DNA from: a virus
Taxonomy: Duplodnaviria > Caudoviricetes
IMG/VR virus record: IMGVR_UViG_3300037722_001039
Coordinates: 1 to 32,362 of that record
Direction: 5' to 3' (one strand)
Length of the DNA: 32,362 bases
Shown here: positions 26,674 through 32,362 of the stretch, in pieces
How positions within the stretch are numbered: the stretch's first letter is position 1
How the letters are laid out: the number at the start of each line of letters is the position of its first letter
Notes under the pieces: model-generated
Seen by the model: the letters and a program-made list of their open reading frames with translations, nothing else
What the model was told of the DNA's origin: nothing
Databases searched by the model: none
Position numbers and translations under genes: made by a program

Positions 26674-28242
26674 ATGTATCAGCTCGACCTGGAGGCTATA
26701 CAGGCGGAAATCGAGCGGGCTGGACATGGCAACAAATCTGCGGTCGTCCTGAAGTATGCCGACCGCTTCGGTATCAGTAAAGACAGTATATACCGGGCTC
26801 TCAGACGGGAGTTCGGCAAGAAGAAAAACCTGAAACGGCTTAAGAGGCATAATCAGGATCTTATCGATATGATTGCACAGATAAAAATGAAAGGCATTGG
26901 CATGGGACTGGGCGATCGGGAGGTGGCGACTGAAATATGCATCGGCATGCTGCGCGACCAGGGTGTGGATGGAGCGGAATGTCTTACCGTCAGCACAGTC
27001 AACCGTAGGCTGGAAGAAAGTGGTTTCCGCATACGAGATCCAAAGGTTCGGGTCGAGGCGGACTATGCCAACCAGGAGCATCAGCTGGATTTTTCAAGGA
27101 GCAAATACTTCCAGCTGACCAGCTACGACCATAATGCGGGCGACTATCTGCTCAAGGTATCTGGCCGTGAATTGCACTATAAGAAAGGAGACCGGCGTCT
27201 GCGCACCTGGCTGGCACAGCTCAAGGATTCACACTCACGCTGTAGGCTGTCGGTGGCATATGCGGCCACGAGCGAGGACGGCCTAATCGGACTCGACGCC
27301 CTCAATTACTGTTGGCAGCGCCCACCGGACGACCATCCGATGCGTCACGTTCCGGACATGCTCAAGACAGACCAGGGAAGCTTTCATAAGCGCAAGGAAG
27401 TCAAATCAGTGATGCAGGCGCTCGGCATTCGCCTGAGAAACAGTGGTGCATATAACCACGACTCTCAAGGCAAGATAGAGTCTGGTTTCGCCAGCTTATG
27501 GCGACAATTCGAGCTTCCACTCGCCATCAAGATGGGTGACGGCGCCAAGATTTACCTGTCCGAATACAACGAGCTCCTACATGAATTTATGACCATAAAC
27601 GATGCAAAGAAGAAGCACCCGATTCTCGACGATACCCGTGAAGCCACCTACCGAAAAAGCATACTCAAGCATCAGCCCAGAGAAGTTGACGAAGACATTC
27701 TCCGTATAGCCTGCCGGGTCGAAACCAGGCTTGTACGTCAGGATCTCATGGTGAGTCTGAATGGTGAGCCGTTCGAAGCTCCTGTTTACGCCATGGATAA
27801 AAACATCAGAGTATACAAAAACCTCGCAGGCGAAGTAATGGGAGAGCTTCAGGAAGAGGACAGGAAAACATTTATACTCAAGCCTTTCCAGTTCCGTCAG
27901 ATGGACGACTTCTCACACCGGCCGCATCTTACTTATCGCCAGGAAATTGAAGGACGTGCTCAGGAAAAACCCGCTATCGACGGTAAGCGAATTTTCATGC
28001 CTGCAAAAACCAGAAAGGTCGAGGTCGAGTCACCTTTCATGAAGCAAACGGAAACGCACTTCGCCACCATTTACCAGGCGCGTGTCTATGTCGGTGAGCA
28101 GCTCAGGGCGTACGGTTACACCTATAATGACCTGTCCGATGTTTTCGACCCGCTGCTCGAGGAGGATCTTAGCAAGGTATCGATAGACGAAGTGATTAAC
28201 GAAATCAAAGATTCACCCAACAAGATGAGGTTGGCTTTATGA
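26674..28242 (+). CDS. DDE transposase (MuA/rve-like)
   Basis: N-terminal HTHs; catalytic QLDFS, KTDQGS and QGKIESGF; Mu-like C-terminal beta domain. Confidence 0.9.
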   Translation: MYQLDLEAIQAEIERAGHGNKSAVVLKYADRFGISKDSIYRALRREFGKKKNLKRLKRHNQDLIDMIAQIKMKGIGMGLGDREVATEICIGMLRDQGVDGAECLTVSTVNRRLEESGFRIRDPKVRVEADYANQEHQLDFSRSKYFQLTSYDHNAGDYLLKVSGRELHYKKGDRRLRTWLAQLKDSHSRCRLSVAYAATSEDGLIGLDALNYCWQRPPDDHPMRHVPDMLKTDQGSFHKRKEVKSVMQALGIRLRNSGAYNHDSQGKIESGFASLWRQFELPLAIKMGDGAKIYLSEYNELLHEFMTINDAKKKHPILDDTREATYRKSILKHQPREVDEDILRIACRVETRLVRQDLMVSLNGEPFEAPVYAMDKNIRVYKNLAGEVMGELQEEDRKTFILKPFQFRQMDDFSHRPHLTYRQEIEGRAQEKPAIDGKRIFMPAKTRKVEVESPFMKQTETHFATIYQARVYVGEQLRAYGYTYNDLSDVFDPLLEEDLSKVSIDEVINEIKDSPNKMRLAL

Positions 28243-28436
28243 GGCTCTGCCAGTTTCCGATCATAACGTTGGAATCACTTTTTATTGTACGTCACTACTG
28301 CAGTCAGGTTAAAGCCCAGGTTTTTCGGACTATAGAGATATCTTCAAAAGAGGAGCACTTCCTTCTCATCGTCGACTGTGATGAAAAACAGGAACAGTTC
28401 ATCGATTCTATCGCAAGAAAGGAGCTCGGCATTTGA
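28239..28436 (+). CDS. Hypothetical protein
   Basis: ATGA-coupled to the transposase. Confidence 0.5.
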   Translation: MRLCQFPIITLESLFIVRHYCSQVKAQVFRTIEISSKEEHFLLIVDCDEKQEQFIDSIARKELGI

Positions 28437-28630
28437 TGAACCGAATTGAAATCTGCGAAGGATGCGGATACGGATGCATCGTCCTGACTTATCGTGACTG
28501 TTATCACTTTTTCAGGTTGTGCCGTGAATGCGCCAAACAGCAGGGCTTCTGCCTAAAATGCAGAAGCAAGGTAGAGGATGGAGATTTTGATTTTGAGCTA
28601 TTCAAAATATGTAGCGACTGCGAGTCGTGA
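28433..28630 (+). CDS. Cys-rich small protein
   Basis: Four CxxC motifs. Confidence 0.55.
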   Translation: MMNRIEICEGCGYGCIVLTYRDCYHFFRLCRECAKQQGFCLKCRSKVEDGDFDFELFKICSDCES

Positions 28631-28665
28631 AATTGCAACCATCATGTCACTCAGGAGACAAGCAC

Positions 28666-29655
28666 ATGAACAGGAGAATCTTGGATTACTTCGGAGTAAA
28701 GCAGAAGACGACCTACGTCAGCGACATGTTCCGCATGTTCGTCACCGACGTCAAAAACGCGGTTATGGAGAACGCCTTGCTCGCAATTGTGGGAAAGTAT
28801 GGCGCCGGAAAAACTGAGGTAGTCAAGGCAGCCAAGGCCAGTATCAGCCGCGACCCGGACAACGCGCCTATATTCATCCACGTTCGCAGCAAGGACCGGG
28901 AAAAGCTCCGTGTCGGTCACATACTTTCAGCTGTGATTTATGACATTTCCCAGGAGAGTGTCCGTCAGGATATGGAGGCAAGAAGCCGGCAGTTTATCCG
29001 TTTAGTCGGACAGAAGCATGTCAAGGAGAACCGGAGGATATGCATTGTACTTGACGATGCTCACATGTACCACATGAACACGCTTGCATGTATCAAAGGA
29101 CTTCGTGAGGATGATTTCTACGGTGTATCCCCTTTATTCTCGGTAATACTAATCGGCCAGGAACCGTTAGCTGTCAAACTCACCCGGAGGCAAGAGGTTC
29201 TATGGCGGACACAGATGCTTTCTCTCAATGAGAATAGCGGATGGATGGTGTACGACGATCGTGTGAGATACCTGCAGCACGTATACGGTGATGCTATTTC
29301 ACGTACGGCTAGAGAGAGAATTGCAACCCTCTACCGCCTCCCTCTCGAGATGGACTTCCACGTAGAACAAAAGATGTACGAAGCCCACAACGCCGGAATG
29401 ACCCAGCTAACCGAGGATGCCTTCGAGGTGTCCATCCAGGAAACCTTGGACGCGCTCAACGCCGGTCTCAATAAGACCGATGAACAGTACATTTCCCTCG
29501 ACAAGATAGCACGTGAAGCTCACATAGGTAAGACTACTGTTCACGATGTACTCAGGACGGATAACCACAACAAAAAGGACCCGGTCAAGGCAGCCTTGGA
29601 GCGCCTGGCAGACAAACGTAAAGAACAGGAATACGGGAAGGTAGTTAATGGCTAA
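28666..29655 (+). CDS. Transposition AAA+ ATPase (MuB/ExeA-like) with C-terminal HTH
   Basis: Walker A GKYGAGKT, Walker B IVLDDAH, ILIGQ; C-terminal SLDKIAREAHIGKTTVHDVL; AGGAG RBS before 28666. Confidence 0.88.
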   Translation: MNRRILDYFGVKQKTTYVSDMFRMFVTDVKNAVMENALLAIVGKYGAGKTEVVKAAKASISRDPDNAPIFIHVRSKDREKLRVGHILSAVIYDISQESVRQDMEARSRQFIRLVGQKHVKENRRICIVLDDAHMYHMNTLACIKGLREDDFYGVSPLFSVILIGQEPLAVKLTRRQEVLWRTQMLSLNENSGWMVYDDRVRYLQHVYGDAISRTARERIATLYRLPLEMDFHVEQKMYEAHNAGMTQLTEDAFEVSIQETLDALNAGLNKTDEQYISLDKIAREAHIGKTTVHDVLRTDNHNKKDPVKAALERLADKRKEQEYGKVVNG

Positions 29656-29890
29656 AGAAAAAAACAATTTTAAGATTATGCTCATCAGCATGATGGATGC
29701 CTATCGGCTCTTCAGGGGTAACATCCGTATAACCAACATCCCGGAATTTACCAGGTTCGTATCCTGCAGCTGGGAGGTGTCGAGAAGCGCATGGTTGATT
29801 TTGCTCAAAAACGAGTCCTTCGACGACATACCTTTTGGTCAGCAATATCCGGTATTTCCGGCAGAGTTTGAGGAAATAAAGAAAGCATAG
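29648..29890 (+). CDS. Hypothetical protein
   Basis: Overlaps the ATPase stop; in operon. Confidence 0.55.
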   Translation: MAKEKNNFKIMLISMMDAYRLFRGNIRITNIPEFTRFVSCSWEVSRSAWLILLKNESFDDIPFGQQYPVFPAEFEEIKKA

Positions 29891-29955
29891 AGGCGGATTT
29901 ATAGAACGGGCGGACCTAACCAATATTTTTCATTTATCACTTGGAGGTTCGCACA

Positions 29956-30498
29956 ATGAGCGGAATTCAAACAACAGAAGCATGCGACAAGGCCCTGTCT
30001 GAAATCGCAGAACTGAACAGAAAGATGAACAAAATAGAGGAGGACACCAAACAAAAGGTGGCTGCACTCATGGACCCGAATACGCAGAAGAAAGTCGAAG
30101 CGCTTTATCTAAAGGCCGAGGAGAAAAAGCGCCCGCTGCAGGAAAGCCTGAAAGTTATCGAAGGCCAAATTGCCACCTTTGAGTTTGAGAATAAGGAAAC
30201 CATCTTCTTAGATAAGAAGAGCCTTAGCCTGGTTTGCGGCGATATCGGTTACCGGGATTCCACTTCGATACAGACTTCCGACCATACGGTCAAACTGCTC
30301 GAAGAGCAGGGGTTGGGCGATTGCATCAAGACAATCAAATCGGTCCTTAAAGACCGTCTCAAAAAACTCGGTGACGACGTGCTAAGGACGGTCGGAGCAA
30401 AACGAATCAGAACCGAGAGGTTCTTTTATCAGCTGCACGGCCAAAAGCCGGTCATAGTTTACGAGCACGAAGAAGAGGCATTGAAAGAAGCGGCATAG
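29956..30498 (+). CDS. gam: Host-nuclease inhibitor Gam (Mu-type)
   Basis: Coiled coil then KKSLSLVCGDIGYRDS...ERFFY; GGAGG RBS. Confidence 0.85.
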   Translation: MSGIQTTEACDKALSEIAELNRKMNKIEEDTKQKVAALMDPNTQKKVEALYLKAEEKKRPLQESLKVIEGQIATFEFENKETIFLDKKSLSLVCGDIGYRDSTSIQTSDHTVKLLEEQGLGDCIKTIKSVLKDRLKKLGDDVLRTVGAKRIRTERFFYQLHGQKPVIVYEHEEEALKEAA

Positions 30499-30540
30499 AC
30501 CGCGTTGATTCATCATAACCTTAGGTAAAGGACTTGCATC

Positions 30541-30732
30541 ATGACAACATCAGACTTCAACGCTATTATGGACAACCTGGACGCCAGGTTCGCGATGATC
30601 GAACGTATAGAGGCGGAGCGGCCAGGAGACCGGTCTTATGTGCATGAGCTGGCCAGGGATGGCCGTGAGGTTATTGCAGTGGCCAGACGACACGAAGAAA
30701 GGATATCGAAAGAGGTGGAGGTCATCTCTTGA
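30541..30732 (+). CDS. Hypothetical protein
   Basis: AAGGA RBS; in operon. Confidence 0.55.
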   Translation: MTTSDFNAIMDNLDARFAMIERIEAERPGDRSYVHELARDGREVIAVARRHEERISKEVEVIS

Positions 30733-30935
30733 AGTGTCCTAAGTGCAAAAATAAGGGCTTTACCGCGACGGAAGATGTCAGGATCCCTATTGTCAATTAT
30801 GGCAAGGACAAATACGACACTATCGACAGAAGGTACTACTTCTGTGTTCAGTGCGGAACGGCCTGGCTGACGACTGAGAGCTTCGAACGCTACGTTGAGG
30901 TAAGGATTAACCGACAGGAGTCCTTAAAACTATGA
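30729..30935 (+). CDS. Zinc-ribbon protein (NrdR-N/Ogr-like), possible regulator
   Basis: MKCPKC...RRYYFCVQCGTAWLTTE. Confidence 0.65.
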   Translation: MKCPKCKNKGFTATEDVRIPIVNYGKDKYDTIDRRYYFCVQCGTAWLTTESFERYVEVRINRQESLKL

Positions 30936-31162
30936 GAAGATTGAGCAATCGCGACGGTAACCTCGACCATGAGTTAGCTTCCAGGATAAGACGAATATCA
31001 AACGCGGTTTCCCAGGATGACAGATCAACTGCTTTTCGAATGATTGCATTGACTGAAGAATGGGGTGATGAAATAGAAATTTGCGCGAGTCATCTGGTTG
31101 AAAAGTACCGAACATTACGCAGGGAAATCCTGCAGAAATACCAGACCAAAGGCCTTCTATAG
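30932..31162 (+). CDS. Hypothetical protein
   Basis: ATGA-coupled. Confidence 0.5.
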   Translation: MRRLSNRDGNLDHELASRIRRISNAVSQDDRSTAFRMIALTEEWGDEIEICASHLVEKYRTLRREILQKYQTKGLL

Positions 31163-31974
31163 TGGCAATCGACAGACAAAGAGCAGAGCAGTTTAGCAAG
31201 CAACTGCGGGATATCATTAATCCTTTGAGTTTCGATGAGGGCTATGAAGTATTCAAGTCTAAGCTGCTCGACCTAATCTCGCGCGGTGAAATTCAAGGGG
31301 AATCACTCCGAGATTTCATCAATCAGATACGATCGACGTTCGAGCCTGACTTCATAAAGTTCGTCGACAGAACCGAGCGCGCCTATAACGACACACTGCA
31401 GCTAGTTAACACTCATTACAACGACCTCGGCATCGACATCGACCGCAACATGGATCGGATTAGAGCGATAGAGGAAGTCAACCGTACTCGCCTGGGAAAG
31501 TACAAAGAAGAGGCAGTAGAGTCCATCTCACGCACTGTCAGGAAAGGCGTTCTCGATGGTAAAAACCACCTTGAAATAGGCGATATCTTATCACAGCAAT
31601 CTGACGATGCTGTCAAGACTTATGCCCAGACCCTTGCGAATACGCAAGTCAAGGGATATGGCCAGGTGGCAAAAACAGAGAAGGCAAGACTTGGTAATGT
31701 TTTCTATTTCGAGTACGTAGGTATTGAACGGGATACGACCAGGACATTCTGCCTAGAACTTATCAGGCAGTCAAACCCGACCTTCCATATTGACGATATC
31801 CGTAAGATGTCTAATGGCCACGGGTTAAACGTCGAGTATTATCGGGGTGGGTACCGGTGTTTCCACGACTGGGAGCCAGACCCGTTTGAGCGTGGGGACG
31901 AATATTCTGTTTCATTCTACAGTAAGCAGGGAGAGACGAAACAGGATTTGCAACTTGCCAGACGCACTGGATAA
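31162..31974 (+). CDS. Mu gpF-like head morphogenesis/minor capsid protein
   Basis: FEYVG..DTTRTFC...GGYRCFHDW C-terminal Cys/His motif. Confidence 0.75.
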   Translation: MAIDRQRAEQFSKQLRDIINPLSFDEGYEVFKSKLLDLISRGEIQGESLRDFINQIRSTFEPDFIKFVDRTERAYNDTLQLVNTHYNDLGIDIDRNMDRIRAIEEVNRTRLGKYKEEAVESISRTVRKGVLDGKNHLEIGDILSQQSDDAVKTYAQTLANTQVKGYGQVAKTEKARLGNVFYFEYVGIERDTTRTFCLELIRQSNPTFHIDDIRKMSNGHGLNVEYYRGGYRCFHDWEPDPFERGDEYSVSFYSKQGETKQDLQLARRTG

Positions 31975-32001
31975 TCACAAATTGAAGGAGTTGTTCATAA
32001 A

Positions 32002-32199
32002 ATGAATGCGGTTATTTTATTGATATTGGCTCTGTGTTCCTGTAGCTCAGGTGTGGTAAGCAGGGAACCTGATGTTATTCTAAAGACCCAGCGCGGTGGC
32101 TCAGATTCTGTCCTGGAGACGTATGGATATGATAGCGTTTTTGTCCGGCGCGGTGTTGTCGTTTTGCAGGACTCAAGTATAGTAGTGGTTTCGGAATGA
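32002..32199 (+). CDS. Small lipoprotein
   Basis: AAGGAG RBS; MNAVILLILALCSC lipobox-like sequence. Confidence 0.65.
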   Translation: MNAVILLILALCSCSSGVVSREPDVILKTQRGGSDSVLETYGYDSVFVRRGVVVLQDSSIVVVSE

Positions 32200-32288
32200 G
32201 ATCAAGTGTCTTCAAGAGCTTTCCAGTCTCCCGCTCAAGAAGTTTAGTCTATCCTAAAATGTCTATTTTATAGATAGATATTTAACCC

Positions 32289-32323
32289 CATTTGTTGCAG
32301 TTTAGACCGTCATTTGTTGCAGG
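32289..32323 (-). repeat. Right terminal inverted repeat (35 bp)
   Basis: CATTTGTTGCAGTTTAGACCGTCATTTGTTGCAGG is the reverse complement of 85-119; followed by CCCCCTGTCA. Confidence 0.93.
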
Positions 32324-32362
32324 CCCCCTGTCACGGCACAAGAGGCATTCCGCCGGCTGCTG

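Larger units (their letters stand above)
75..32333. mobile_element. Mu-like transposable phage/prophage, apparently complete, with a non-contractile tail
   Basis: Terminal inverted repeats at both ends; DDE transposase, AAA ATPase, Gam and GemA-like genes; DUF935-like portal, Mu I-like protease, gp36/gp37/gpG/gpF-like genes; tail tube and tape measure but no sheath. Exact terminal bases are inferred from end symmetry. Confidence 0.92.

Overview
Almost the whole window (about 75-32333, roughly 32.3 kb) is an apparently complete Mu-like transposable siphovirus-type phage or prophage. It is bounded by a perfect 35-bp terminal inverted repeat built from two 22-bp-spaced transposase-binding-like sites. 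It has a leftward late operon (protease/scaffold, capsid, tail tube, holin-like genes, frameshifted tail chaperones, tape measure, tail tip) and a divergent rightward late operon (portal, terminases, neck/completion proteins, LamG adhesins). An internal repressor/cro switch is followed by an early operon (GemA-like, DDE transposase, MuB-like ATPase, Gam, gpF-like). The most unusual features are: (1) several genes inside the structural operons encode Sec-signal-peptide proteins, mostly with Gln at +1 and rich in the Bacteroidota-type O-glycosylation sequon D-(S/T)-(A/I/L/M/T/V), suggesting exported, host-glycosylated virion accessories; (2) one of these genes is split, with both halves in the same frame, by a ~1 kb segment carrying a Dam-family methylase and a truncated restriction-enzyme-like gene; (3) no endolysin is recognisable; (4) there is an SSB C-terminal-tail mimic, a repeat-bounded mini-cassette and several +1 frameshifts in the early region. 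Family calls come from motif recognition and gene order by eye, not from database searches.
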